64,000 nucleotides of DNA from Eledone cirrhosa (Eukaryota): contig OZ024746.1 of the NCBI GenBank assembly GCA_964016885.1, positions 5,146,001-5,210,000 of the forward strand, read 5' to 3'. The notes below the pieces were generated by a model. That model ran no database searches and was not told the origin of the DNA. It worked only from the letters and a program-made list of their open reading frames with translations. Each line of letters begins with the position of its first letter. The first letter of the stretch is position 1. Positions 15,911 through 33,051 of this stretch are shown here, piece after piece. The position numbers and the translations under genes are program-made.

Positions 15911-16096
<186 letters not shown>

Positions 16097-16838
16097 ACAC
16101 ATAGAGAATGAAAACGTTTATATATATCAGCGCGATCAAATATTTCTCCCACTTCCCATCCAAACGAGAAAAGAGGAAATGTAGATTAATTTTTTTTCTT
16201 AAAAAGACTTTTTAAAGAAAGCGTTGCTATTCACTGAACGACTATACTTAAGTTATATTCCTTTGGCGGTACCATTGATTGAATATGGCAAACATGAAAG
16301 AAGCTATTAACAACAAATTTAACACACTCACACAAAGACATACACACACACAAACACACGCGCACGATCACATGTATTATATAGAACGCCGCAGAAAAAA
16401 AGATGGCATCAAACCACGTGAGTAAGACATGGGCCAGTTTCCAAAAATACCTTTCTATAAAATATTTTCCTCTGTACTAACAAATAATCCAACGTAGCTT
16501 TGGGTAAATGAATGAGATGAAGTGGAAAGAAATTACGAATGAAAAGAGGGAAATCCTTGAAGAACACTCCTTAAGATGATTCCAGGAGAACAGCCATCTT
16601 TTTCCATTATCTCACTTTGAATTAAAAGAAACTTGCAGTACACTTACCCTAATCTGTACGTTTGTATGTATGTATGTATGTATGTATGTATGTATGTATG
16701 TATGTATGTATGTATGTATGTATGTATGTATGTATACATGTGTATATAAATGTATATATATATATATTTAAACAATTTTTTTCGCTCTCTCTATATATAT
16801 AGAGCGAAAATAAAAAAATATATATATATACATTTATA

Positions 16839-16894
<56 letters not shown>

Positions 16895-17227
16895 CGAAAG
16901 CAATTTCTCTCTTTCTTACATTGCATTCGTTTGCGAAAGGTTTGTTTTCTAAGCGCTCATATATTCACCTAGCTTACGCTAACAGAATAACTATGAAGCT
17001 TGTTTCCTTCCTCTACGGTTAGCTCTACTCTTTGTTGTTTTCCTGTCTCACTCGCTTTACGCGTTTTAATTGTCCTAATAACTTAATTTAGTTATTATTG
17101 CACCGACGTGAGGTATATGATTTTTAATGCAATGAAATATCTATGATCGTCGGCAAATCACTGATGAGGGACTTATTTTATTACATGTTATCCATGTGCT
17201 ACCAGCAGTATTTTTCTCCCCATTTTA

Positions 17228-17266
<39 letters not shown>

Positions 17267-17380
17267 TAAAATAACAGATTAAAGTTTAAGCAAAGAATCG
17301 TTGCTTTCACCCTTAACATAATTGCATAATTGCAAACGACTCGAATGTTATTATTAATATTCGAAAAGCTCAGATTACAG

Positions 17381-17499
<119 letters not shown>

Positions 17500-18144
17500 T
17501 AATACAATATATTTAATATAAGATAGTATAATATATAATAACATATAATACACACGCACACACACACACGCACACACACACACACACACACATATGTATG
17601 TATACTCTCTATCATTTTATTTAATCTTTTATTTCTCATTCTATTTTCTGATAAAGGACTAGTGTCTGAAACGTAAATACTTCTTTCCCACTACGTCAAG
17701 CGTAGGTCCTCCTTACGAACGCCCCTTGATAATGAACTGCAAAGGTAACTTTCTAACGTCCTCACTCTTTGAATTTACATTTACTTAACTCTGTTCTTTT
17801 TTCTTCTCCTTTCTTATTACCTTGCCATTTTTATCAAACACGCATTGTCAGGCTTCTAAATAACCAAACTTCTTTTTTTATATGTAATTGTATTTCATAT
17901 TTTACAATGCTTCAAGCCAACTACCACACCTTATAATTTCTAGTGCTTAAAACAGAATTCCGAAGAAATTTTCTAAAATAGAAAATAAAAATGCTATGTG
18001 GGTTTTGATTATTGGTGATTTTCGCGAAAAGAAACACACACACACACACACAAACATATCTGAGTTCTAGTACAGATCATATATATAAATATATATATTA
18101 TTCAGAATATTAATAAATGAAGACATTCACATAATCAAAATATA

Positions 18145-18210
18145 TGTTTTATTATATATATTTCGAAGGTACTGTGTTGTTTTTTCAGTACGTCCTCGTC
18201 AGATAAAATA
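18145..18210 (-). ncRNA. Minimal hammerhead ribozyme (family C variant)
   Basis: TATTTTAT-CTGACGA-GGACGTACTG..CAGTACCTTC-GAAA-TATATA-TA-ATAAAACA. Confidence 0.8.
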
Positions 18211-18730
18211 CATGAATTGATGTATGATATACCTCAACGGTCTTGATCGTTCAATTCCAGTATTTGCAGTGATTTATTACAACAAATCTCAACGTTTATA
18301 TACCACATATAATAACATGATGAACTTAAATTTAATGAAGAAGAGGATGTGGAGCGAGATATAGGTATAAGGAGGGGGTGAGTATGAAGAAATGCAAGAA
18401 GAAATAAATAAATACATACATAAATATTTAAATGCGTAAATATACGTGTTACGGAAGAAAAAGGAAGAGAGAGAAAAGAGAAGAAAAGAGACGTAACTGT
18501 AAAAAAGAAAGAAAGAGAAATGATGCGTGACCGTTGCTTTCAAATATTAAGTCAAATAGAAGCGACCAATTAAATACCATGAAATTGTTTAATATCTTTT
18601 GTATATGGTTATGTTTAAGCTAATTATACTAATATATTATATGAAAATTAAACAGTATAAAAAAAATATATATATAAAAATATTTTCTATAGTAAGCAGA
18701 AGCATAGTTTAATTAATATATCATCTTTGG

Positions 18731-18763
<33 letters not shown>

Positions 18764-18773
18764 TAGTAACACA

Positions 18774-18848
18774 ACAGTTAGTTCATCATACCGAGAACAA
18801 TTGTTTCACCTTATGCGGATCTTCAGTTCGGTATGGTGAACTAACTGT
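18774..18848 (-). ncRNA. Hammerhead ribozyme with ~21-bp stem I, at a probable PLE 3' end (18760-18945)
   Basis: CTGAAGA-TCC GCATAA GGT-GAAAC-AATT-GTT; palindromic AACAATTGTT; flanks form a long inverted repeat. Confidence 0.8.
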
Positions 18849-18999
18849 GGTATACATCATACAACTTAAGATGAAAGTTTGAATCAATAAGATTGTTATA
18901 CAAGGGAATACGACTATAGCTGGGGACTCTCCTTATGTAGATATAGTTGATATCTACAATATACAATATACAAGTGGAACCCGTTTCTTCTACAACAAC

Positions 19000-19620
19000 T
19001 ACAAGGGTACGCGATGGGGCCCACCCACAGCCCCGGCGGACAGAATGGAGAAGACGTTTCCCCGGAGGACGCCGAGGGAGACGCGCTGGAAGAGCCACTC
19101 CAACTCACGGGGCCACACCTGCAGCTGGCCAGCTTAGCGCCTATGGTGGTGAGTAAGGAGGTAGCCCTGGGGCCGAGGACACCAGAAGTTTCCACTGCCA
19201 GGGGTACGACCGCAAACCTGTCGGAGAGCGACCGGTATTTGAGGAGTTTGGCCCCCTCAGCCCGACGTGCAGCAGAACCTGGATCAGTCGCAGACTGCAC
19301 CAGGTTGCGGCGACAGAAAGTGTCGGTACAAGTGGCATCCCAGACGAGGGGTTTGCCACCGCGGAACGGAAAGATGGTCATGCCATCTGGCCTTTTGCCG
19401 TCCTCTCGATCCAGCCCCACTGGCTCGAGCTGGGAAGGGAAGCCTGCAGCGTCCAAGCCACGCTTAATGACCTCGTTGAGGGCAGTATGGCGTGGAATGC
19501 GGCCGGCACTGTCGCGAGAGGAAAGAGGGTGGAGGCCGAAAGGATCCACGGTGGAACCACAGCGACATTGGTGTGGCTGGCAGATCCGGAGGCCGAGCCT
19601 CAGGGAAACACCGATGTGTT
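19000..19620 (-). mobile_element. CRE-clade non-LTR retrotransposon 3' fragment: zinc knuckle plus restriction-like endonuclease, frameshifted
   Basis: LRLG..CRCGSTVDPFGLH..RH..KRPDG..VWDATC..K..KY..PLAVETSG..LFQRVSL..RGN; GC-rich island. Confidence 0.85.
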
Positions 19621-19696
19621 ACTACTTCTACCAAACTCGTCTCATGGACTGAGTACTCTACCACTACGGATATTACCGTCCAGTGTTCTACCCCTC

Positions 19697-19801
<105 letters not shown>

Positions 19802-20715
19802 AAGGTAGAAGGAAAGAAGGAAGGAGGGAAAGTAGCAAGGATGAAAGGAAACGTAATATGAGTCTACATTACGAGGAATGTTTGGTAGAGACATATTTAA
19901 TCTATTAAGAAGAAATTAACCTTAATAGAACAAAATTACTAATAAAACAGTAAAACTATTTCATTTATACATAAAATAACTTTGTTGCGGTGTGGCGGTT
20001 GGAAAATCGTCTGTTTTGTCCAATTTTATGTGAAATTTTACTCCGTAGGATTATGGATGATATTATCCGTAATTAAAACAAACATACTTTTTGACAGATT
20101 CAACTTCTTTATATTTCAAGTCATGTCTGATTGTTTTTTTGCTTTTTAAATACATTTACATCGGATCAGTTTAGACAAATAGCAAACACGCACAAAAAAA
20201 TAGAAATGAAAAAATAAAATCGATACGATAATAATTTTCTAAATACCTAAATACAGTGGTGATTTGAGATAATCCAATAATGATGCGCATGCGTTATTCG
20301 ACGTGGTGGTGAGGATAAGATTTCATATAACGAAACAGAACGTTAAAGCACAGTTGCTAGGTTGCATTAGCTAGTGCATAAATGATCTTTCAAGTTAGAT
20401 TCTATGAAAACGTCCCCCTCCCATAGAGATAACATATTGATTTCTTTCTCAATAACTGCAAATACTGAAAGATCGATCGAAAGAAATCACAATCACTTGA
20501 ATTAATCAAAGATTGAAAATATCCGTATATTTCAGAGATCGCATTCTACAGATACTTTTCCAGATTTCCATATCTGAAAGGTTTCTTTCACCCCTTTATA
20601 CTTTGTGATTATGAGTTGACACGGGAGGTCAGAAAAAAGCATCAAAATGAAGAGAAAAGAAGGGCCTTTGATAACACCTGATCTTTTCACTTCTTGACAG
20701 ACAGACACGCACACA

Positions 20716-20760
<45 letters not shown>

Positions 20761-20856
20761 CCCCCCCCCACATACACGCACACACACACACGCACACACA
20801 CGCACACACACGCACACACACACACACACACACGCACACACACACACACACACACG

Positions 20857-20938
<82 letters not shown>

Positions 20939-20989
20939 TATTATCGGGAAAACACCCTGTTATACCTTTTGATTAAAAGATTGATGTTT

Positions 20990-21029
<40 letters not shown>

Positions 21030-21162
21030 TATAAACATATATATAAACATATATAAACATATATATGTAAACATATGTATATATATATACATATGTTTAT
21101 ATATATATATATATATATACATACATTTTTGTGTCTCTTATAGGTAAGCTCGTTAGCTTTCA

Positions 21163-21219
<57 letters not shown>

Positions 21220-21486
21220 GTGTGTGTGGATGTATACATAATATATATATATAAATATATATGTGTATATATATATATACATAATATATATATGTATATA
21301 TATACATAATATATATATATCTATATAAATACTTATATATATATATCTATATATATACTTATATATATATAAATACATACTTATATATATATACATATAT
21401 ACATATATACATATATATATATATGTGTGTGTGTGTGGGTGTATGTATATATATATATTTATATATATATATATATATATGCGTGC

Positions 21487-21598
<112 letters not shown>

Positions 21599-21692
21599 GT
21601 TATATATATTTATGTTATGGAATACTATTAGCTTCTCGCTAAAACAATTTCTATACCTTTCATTTACATATATATATATATATATGCAGAGG

Positions 21693-21981
<289 letters not shown>

Positions 21982-22899
21982 TACATACACACATATATAT
22001 ATAAATATATATATATACAGACTCACACCCACACATATATACACACACACACATATATATATATATGTATATATGTATACATATAAGTATGTATGTATAT
22101 ATATATAAGTATGTATATAGATATAGATATATAAGTATTTATATATATATATATATATATATATTATGTATATATACACATATATATATATTATGTATAT
22201 ATATACACACATATATATATATAGAGAGAGATGGAAGCTAACGAGCTTACCTATAAGAGACACAAAAATGTACACATAAATACACATGTACACATAAATA
22301 CACACACATACACCCCTACATACACACACAAATACACACACATGTCGACTCATACACCCCTACATACACAATTATATTTTCACATATATGAAAGCATCAT
22401 ATGTTTAAGTATGACCTGTTTTCCTAAGGACTTTTCATATTCTTTATTACTTCTTTACATTCGGATCAATAACGTTCAGAAATATATTAGACTCTGATGA
22501 ATCTATTGGAAAAGCTTTAATTGATAATTACAATCAATTTGGTATTATTGATAAAGAGGGGTATATTTCAAATATAAATAATATACTCCCCGATAACATT
22601 GCTCAGCACAAAACTGAACGATTTAATTACTGTTGTTAACACTGAAATATAAGGTATCTATTTCTAATATATAAAAGTAGAGTTTAACCATACTCACACA
22701 TCTATTACAGTTAAGGTGCACACAAAATAACCCTCTTCTATCAATAACCTCCCAAACTAACACATCCATATATAGAATCGACAAAAGACTGGATGGTATA
22801 ATACCATAGTATCCGATCATATGAAGAAGTCCTAGATATTTTACATGAAGCCAACGAAATTAACAGCCTTTCCATCATGGGTGTCAAAAAACTGTTTTT

Positions 22900-23350
22900 G
22901 CGAACGCCTCAGTAATAGAAACAATAAATATAATCTTGGATAATGTATATAGACACCCCCAAAAAGATGTTTTACCAAAGAATATCCGGAGAATTTGCTG
23001 AGGTTCCCCTTCCGCTGGCCACGATGGAATCTTTACACAGTTTGGCTGTGGGTTCTCCACTCGGGTTCACATTTGCCTCCATCTACATGTTTATAGAGGA
23101 AAACAACCACACCGTCTGTGTCAGGTATATCAGCGATATACTTTTTGTAACTGATGCTGGATAGTTTGATCGTCTTAAAGATGATCACGGAAATAATTCC
23201 GTCCTTGCATTCGCTACTAATCATAGCACCTGCCATAACACTGCCATTTTCTTAGAACACACATAACGGCCTATACTGCCACAAAGATAATGAGTGCCCC
23301 CATAGACATCAAATACCTGTGGTTTAATCATTCCTTTGATGAGATTTTCA
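22900..23350 (+). pseudogene. Highly decayed Penelope-like reverse transcriptase fragment
   Basis: LAVGSPLGFTFASIYM..VRYISDIL resembles the PLE GxAMGSPL..ANxYM..RYVDDI motifs. Confidence 0.55.
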
Positions 23351-23710
23351 ATTTTAGTCAACTAATGAAGCTTTAAATATAGAAACTTCTGAACGACGAG
23401 GATGTAGGTTACAATTCTGAAGGTTTCTAGGAAAGGAGTTTTCATTGTAAACCCCAGAGGGTAGGCGAAACAATAGCGACAAAAGACAGCCAGAAGTTAG
23501 ATAGATGATACACAGATACGAAGAGTTAACATAAGAAAATATAAGAGTTGGTGAGAGTAGATCGGAGATGAGAAGAATCCCTTCATAACATCAATTATAA
23601 TTACAAACCATTAATGAAACCATTAATGAAACCATGAATTTCTGTAATAACATTCCAGATTTCTTTAGATTATAATGCGTACATATACACATACACATAC
23701 ATATAGATAT

Positions 23711-25533
<1,823 letters not shown>

Positions 25534-26703
25534 CTGGATCCTTTTTGTCACGACATTAGTACTGTCACCTGACAGTGCAATGGGTGCTTTAATGTTTGCT
25601 TTTCGTCTTAAAATTGACGAAAGTAAATCTAGCCCGATCCTATAATTAGTTTCTGTTTTTGGTATGGTTGTATAGTGGTGGTGTAGTGGTCATGTAGTGG
25701 TGGTATAATAGTGTAGTGGTGGCGTAGTGGTGTAGTGGTGGTGTAGTGGTGGAGGTTATTTCTGTTGGAGGTATACTCTGGAGCTATACATTGTGACTCG
25801 TGAATACAAATTCCTTGAGGACATAAGTTTTAATCAAGTGCAAGCCGTATGTGTCCCTATGTCCTCAGTTTCTTAGATATTCTATTGATTAACAAAAGCT
25901 AAAAGGAGAGTTGCCAAAGATGAGCGAGCATGACAGAAAGAAACTCTTGGGGAAATATTTAAATATTTAAGCGGTTTCGATATTTCAAGGCCCATGGTGC
26001 AAGTGTTCTTCCACGCTTCTCCCAATAAACTTACACCACATTTCAACGGCGTTTCTCTGGAATTTTATGGAATTTTATGGCTTAAAAGGTTAGAGGACTT
26101 GTATCCAAAGTCAATTTTTTTAACATGGAAGGTATTGTGATTGAATGTATACATTTATTTGTAGAATCCTTTATTAAGGATTAATATTCTTGTTATCGCA
26201 GACAAAGCAAAACTATACAATTTAAAATAGTATTTAAAATACTACATTAATTCCTCCAGTTGTTTGTAATAGTAAATTACTTTTTTCGAATTTACTCAAT
26301 ATATATATATATATAAGCCAAACTCGTTATCTTCAATTCGGTATTCGTACCAACTCTTACCTGCGTAAATATATTTAGAAAAGTATTTTCTATTTACTTT
26401 ATGTATCTCCTCGCTGTACTATCAGTGATTATTACCTTTCTTCTGTATACAAGCACCATTGGCATCAAGAGGTGGTATTGCTGCAATTACAATTGTTATG
26501 ATAGAACAGGTTCATTCTATTGCTATGATTTTAATTTGTGGTTGGTTATGTGAAATGCAGTATTCACTTTAGCTAACTTTAACATCATTTTATTGAAGAG
26601 GGTATGATATTTGCATGTTATGATGAAATCCTTTCTTATCAAAGACTTGAAATTACCATCTAAGTAAAGATCTTCGCCCATGTTATAACGAAAATTAAAA
26701 CTA

Positions 26704-26917
26704 CGAGGTGTGCTGAAAAGTTCCTCGCTTTGGGTAAAAGAAAACACAGGAGGATCAGTTAGTTATGATTTATTCAACATATTCTTCTCTCAGATTCACA
26801 CACTTATTGCAGCGGCCCTTCAGTTTTTTAAGCCCTGTAAAAAGAAATAAGAAGGTTGGTCCTCCAATCAGGTCTCTGTAGCAGTGATCAAACCTGGAAC
26901 TTTTCAGCACCCCCTCG
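26704..26917. mobile_element. Mariner-type MITE with TA target duplication
   Basis: TIRs CGAGGTGTGCTGAAAAGTTCC / GGAACTTTTCAGCACCCCCTCG, flanked by TA on both sides. Confidence 0.85.
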
Positions 26918-27652
26918 TATATCTAAAATTTTGTTAGATATATTTTCGACATATTCTAGTTTTTGTATGATGTTGCTTCTTGTTAATACAAAGAAAGACA
27001 AAATAAACATACAGAAGGACGAATAAGTACTGGTAATAACCTTACAATCATCAGGTTTTCAAAACATTGAATTATTTGACAATTGTCAAGTATCTAAAGA
27101 TATGCAAATACAAATATAGCTGAGAAATAAAAAAACTCTAATATTCCTCTGAGCAACCATAAAAACAACTTAGTAGGTAATATAAGTCAGAGAGTATCTA
27201 ACTACCCCACGGCAGGGGAGTATTTAACTGTTCCATATACTATTAGATTGATGCAACCCCCCCCCCCCCCCCTCTCACACTTGTACCCTCTCCTACACAA
27301 TTACTCACTGACTACCCCTCTCTCTCTTTCTTACACACACTCACTCACTTCCCCTCTCTCTCTATATATATGTATATATGAGAAGAAGAAGAAGAAGAAG
27401 AAGAAGAAGAAGAAGAAGAAGAAGAAGAAGAAGAAGAAGAAGAAGAAGAAGAAGAAGAAGGAAATTATTATGTATTGGTTATGGGCAATGGAGAAAATAA
27501 AAGGAAGGACCATGCTATGTTGATTTTAGTAAAGCTTTAAATAGGTAAATTGCAGAAGAGAGCTTGGTTGACATTCAACTGCTGTCTAGTAAACACTTAT
27601 GATGACTGGTTAGCTGGGTAATTATGTACTTTTACAGAGATAGAGAGAGAGA

Positions 27653-27751
<99 letters not shown>

Positions 27752-28489
27752 CAGAAGATGTCAAATATAATAGAGAAGATAAGGTAGAAGGAATTAATGA
27801 GAGAAACGCTGAGGCAAAAATAGGGGGTTAGATAGAGATAAAGAGAACAGGGGAGAGAAATAGAGAAAGAGATAAATATATATATATTAAATAATTACAT
27901 ATATATTATAATAAATGTTCGGTAAACCCATACGTACATATATATATATGTGTGCATGTATGTATATATATACATACTACTGTACGTCTGTATACATATA
28001 TGTATGTACGTATACATACATACTTACATTTAAGTAACAGCCGTACTAAGAGTGAGAAATGAAATTTCGTTTCATTCTTTTCCATTTATATATATACATA
28101 TATATACATATATATATATAGAGAGAGGGAGAGTTAGGAGGATAGAAAGAGAGAAAAGAAGCAAGGTTCCACAAAGAATTGCTGTGGTATGATGCTGTAC
28201 TGTCATTCATTATCCTCGAGTAATTAATCTGAAATGAGTCGATAAACAAGACTGAGTGTGATTGATTAACATCACTCTAGATAGCAGAGCGTATGCTTTA
28301 ATCCTCTTTTGTAGTTTTAATGACATTTAGTACGGCTAAATGTTATATTTGTACTGGTGTGGAGACACTTAAAGTAAACCGTGTTATTCTGACGGTTTCA
28401 TTTGTGATACTTACCTCCTACTCTATATATGTGTGTGTATGTGTATGTAGTGTACATGCGTATCTTGTAAGTTAGGCATGGGCAGACTT

Positions 28490-30400
28490 TCTCGAGCAGT
28501 GGCCCGCATAACCTTAGCTAGGATCTCCCAGTGTAGCTTATATTGGGTGTGGTTGTCTTTTAGATTCCAGATATAAGCTGAAAGTGACGTCATATTCCTT
28601 CTTAAAAGGTTAAGAAAAGAATAGGTATGCATGTAAAGACGCTGCTTGACTCTATTGGCGGTTAACTCTATGTAGGCCCTACGGGACGGGGGTGTTTCAA
28701 CCTTACATTTGTAGACAATGTTACTAGAGAGGCATTTCTCGGATAGGGGGCAGTCAACCCGATTCCTACAATTACAGTTAGTACTAGCTACAGGGTTGCA
28801 CGTGTTCCTACGGTTAGGTAATTTAGCTAAATCTGAAGCTGTGATGTTATGTGCCAGGTTAGGAGTCGTAGAGTAAGAAATTTTAATGGTATTTCTATTA
28901 AAAACTTTACTATATTTATGTGCTGGGGGGAATGATTCATAATAAGGGAGAGAAAGATCTTAGCTAATGGTGTGGCCACCTCCATATTATATGGTGGGTT
29001 ATACCATATAATGCGTCGGGATTTATTCTTCTAGGTCTATTCTCGTACTCTGTATAAGCTACCTTATTGACAAATCCACTCCGAGCAAGAGCTTCATTGT
29101 AAGATGTGGAATGGTCGTTGAATATATGCTCGTTTGTAGATAGACGGGAAAGCCCCAAAGAAACGTTTCTTATCAGGTTCTTGGTTATGCTGGCAGGATG
29201 GTTAGAATGCTTACTTATGTAATTAAGCGTATCATTCGACTTTCTCTACGGGTAGTGAAAGCCATTCGACAAATTGAGGGTAAGGTCGAGGTAATTAACG
29301 ACCGAGAGTTGGCCTCAACCTGTATGAAGAGGGTGAAGCCTTTAAAGAAGGTTGTGAGTTCTTTTCTGAACCTGTCGCAAGCAGGTGGGCCGCACTTAGT
29401 CATGGTCAAAAGACCGTCATCACGGTACAAAGCACCGCCCACATTGGGGAATTCTTCCTTGATAGAGGAAAGAAGGAAAAGGCCGATAAGATCAGTGACC
29501 TCCGCAGAATCGCTGGCGCCCATACTCACGCCGAATGGGGTTCTATTAGATTTTTTAATCCAAATAGAGTCGTCGAAATTAATCACCGACTTACGGGCAT
29601 TGAGGATGACATCAACTTAGAAATCCTTAACCACTGTGAGTGTTTTAGCGAAATTGATAGCTCTAAGAAGGAGTGGTAAAGTGATGGAGGAGTAGTAATT
29701 ATTGATGTCGAATTGGATAAAACGGCAATGTTCCTTGTTGTATATGCTGTTGAACCAATCAATCACCGAGAAAGAATTGTTCCACAGTGCAAGCGGGGCC
29801 AAACTTCTAATTTCAGGTATAATTCTATCTAAAATCCTTTTACTAAGTCTACCTAAATCGGACTTCGTAGGGTTAATAAGCCGAATATAGGGGTTGTTCG
29901 GGAAATTGGATTTGTGATCCTTCAGGGTAAAGTGGGGAGAAATAGGGTCCAGAGATTCAGGCCGGTCCAGGATATTGGCCCCTCTTGCACTGTGGAACAA
30001 TCCAGTTGACCACCGAGTCCATTGTCATTATCAAACCGCCATCCTCCTTCAAAACGAAGGAGAGGCGGTTTTCCTTTGTGTGATAGCTATGGCGAAAGAG
30101 GTTGTATGGTGGACGAGGTTAAAAGGGCTAAGGTCAGACACCTTTCTCTCCGGCCAACAACTGATTCTTTTTTTCAAATACCACTTTGGAAGAAGAATCA
30201 GGATGGAGAGAGAGGTGCTGTACCCCAGCAAGTTTTTTGAAAGGTGGGTGAAAGTGGCGAGAATGGCCCAAATGAATGGGTCTTCTCTCTATATCAGCCT
30301 GTAGGTTGAGGAAAAAGAGGAAGAGAGGAAAAGGGTACAAACTCTTCGTACTCCTGGAGATGAGGGTTGCACATTTTTTCGGGGGTATGTGTTACCCATA
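28490..30400 (-). pseudogene. Decayed Penelope-like element ORF (Naiad-type RT, Cys linker, GIY-YIG endonuclease)
   Basis: FTLKDHK..RLINPTKS..FIQFDINNYY..MGASDSAEV..LYRDDGL..SNHP..IIWYNPPY..CNCRNRVDCPLSEKC..NIVY..YIE..HTYSF; in-frame TAA at 29617 and frameshifts near 29290, 29025 and 28940. Confidence 0.9.
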
Positions 30401-30559
30401 TGAAATGTTTCCCTCTATTGGGGAAAATCAATTAATTTTTAAATTACATTTGTGATATTATTTTACACGTTTTTATTGTATGTAAACTTCCCCCTTTGTA
30501 TTCGTCCCCTTCTTTTGTGCCCCTGTGGCTAATAAAGAAACATATCTATCTATCTATAT

Positions 30560-30744
30560 AGGAAAAAGTATGACCTCGACGGTAGAGCTCAAGCCGTTTC
30601 GACGGCTATTTCTAGAAATAGCCGTCGAAACGGGTTGAGCTCTGCCGTCGGGCTCATACTTTTTCCCATTACCCACTCTACTAACCTAAGTATTGAGTAC
30701 TCTGGTGCGTTATGGTCCATCTGGTTCATTACCACATTTCCTAT

Positions 30745-30748
<4 letters not shown>
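30560..30748 (+). mobile_element. Family A PLE terminus, fold-back plus tail
   Basis: Perfect junction TATTTCTAGAAATA; tail to CCACATTTCC. Confidence 0.8.
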
Positions 30749-30808
<60 letters not shown>

Positions 30809-30844
30809 TCTCTATCTATCTATCTATCTATCTGTATATATATG

Positions 30845-30943
<99 letters not shown>

Positions 30944-31385
30944 ATCTCTTTTCTCTCTCTGTCTCTCTATATATATAATGTGTGTGTATATGTAAGACTG
31001 TGTGCGTGTGCGTGTGTTTACTAAAGTGAGGTGGAATATTCTCTGCTCTAAAATAACCTTAATACTATAATGAAGTAATTATAAGACGTTTGGTTTCGGT
31101 AAATTCTATATTACTATGGAACGTTGATAGTTTTAGACTTTGATTAATCTGCTGTCTATTTATCTAAATTACCCTAACACTAATGTGATTGTCAGAGCTA
31201 TTCTACCAAAGCTACTCATTATTTAATCTCTTCAAATGCATTCAAAAGCCAACACCTTCATTCTTAAAGTTGTCTTCACATGCACAGATAACTGTCTTTC
31301 AGATAAACCGATGTTAAGAATGTCTTAATGTCACATATCACTTTATTTAATTGTCTGGACACACACTCGTATCACACGCGCATGC

Positions 31386-31469
<84 letters not shown>

Positions 31470-31596
31470 GAAGTTTATGAAATGGAAATGCGGGTATAAA
31501 GAATTTATTAGGTAACAATTGTTTCTATAGTGTATGGGTTACCTATACCTCGCTATTTGAATAATATATATATATATAGTGTTTATGTATCCCTCT

Positions 31597-31685
<89 letters not shown>

Positions 31686-31818
31686 TCTCTGTAACTAAGA
31701 CCGTCAACTGCCTTCACTTTAACGTAAATACATCCATATTAAATCAAGGCCAACCAGGAACCCAAACAAACAGCCTGTTATTCTGGAAATATATATCAAC
31801 AATTCCAATATTCACTCG

Positions 31819-31877
<59 letters not shown>

Positions 31878-32182
31878 GATATCCTTGTTCGATCATTATA
31901 CCAAAAGCTTATTATTGATTTAGGTGTCGCAGAAACCCTATATCGGATTATACAATCATTTCCGAGGATCGGGGTAAATATTTCAATCATATCTTATTTT
32001 GTTTCACCCGCTTAGCTTCCTCGCTTTTTTGGCTTAGGTGGTTAATGGCTTCTTAACCATCGTCTCAGTCTTGTATGGCCTTTTTAACTTATGTTTATAG
32101 CTCTGGTATATTCATATTCATTGAGCGCTCGCCAACACAATTCGGAAGTTGCGTTTCGCTAATTTCTACTCGCCGAAATGCG

Positions 32183-32228
<46 letters not shown>

Positions 32229-32270
32229 ACGAAACATAAGTCAATTGCATGAACTCATAATCCTTTATTT

Positions 32271-32326
32271 ACTGCTATATATATTTCGATGATAGCCATT
32301 GAATGGGTATGACCACATCAGGCAGT
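32271..32326 (-). ncRNA. Hammerhead motif with A9 substitution
   Basis: ACTGC-CTGATGT-stem II-GAAA-TATATA-TA-GCAGT. Confidence 0.6.
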
Positions 32327-32900
32327 TAGTCAGTTCTTAGATATGCCAGCTCTGTGTGTATAGTGTTGATGGTATCAGAACCTTGGGACATATATATATA
32401 TTGTTATACTTTGGGAGGGCCATGCTGTCAATAAAAACACACACACCCGCCTATTTTCACTTCAATTTATTATAAATTTCGGGTTGGTTCGTTAAATAAC
32501 CGAATGGTTGTTTAAATATTGTCAAAGTTCTTTTGTCATACAGAAAAAAACAAAACAATGATAATTACTATTATTATAAACAGAAGAATTCGTAGCGACT
32601 CTCGGTAGAATCGAAACCGAATCGTGTATTTAGCTCAACTATTTCATGAAACATGTCACGGTTGTGTAAATAGGAAGACAATACAGCAATATATCAAGAA
32701 GAAGAACGGTATAAATAATATTACTAGACACCGTTGCCTTATTACATATTAGCTATAGAATTTCTGGCAGGAATCTTCTCTCATAATTCACATCGCGAAA
32801 TGTCAACTCCAAGAACGGAATAGTTTTCTGTCCATTAATTTCACTTGCTGTTCAAGCTAGGAATAATATGTACTAGTAATGCCTTTAGTGCCAAAGACGC

Positions 32901-33051
<151 letters not shown>

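Noticed and set aside
17155-17200. CTGATGA hammerhead core
   Set aside because: No downstream GAAA or stem II/III could be found
19014-19652. 212-aa plus-strand ORF
   Set aside because: Antisense shadow of the GC-rich CRE coding fragment
29198-29620. 140-aa plus-strand ORF
   Set aside because: Antisense shadow of the PLE RT
29610-29625. Selenocysteine read-through as reported for some Naiads
   Set aside because: The in-frame stop is TAA, not TGA; the Cys linker uses normal Cys codons; no SECIS recognised
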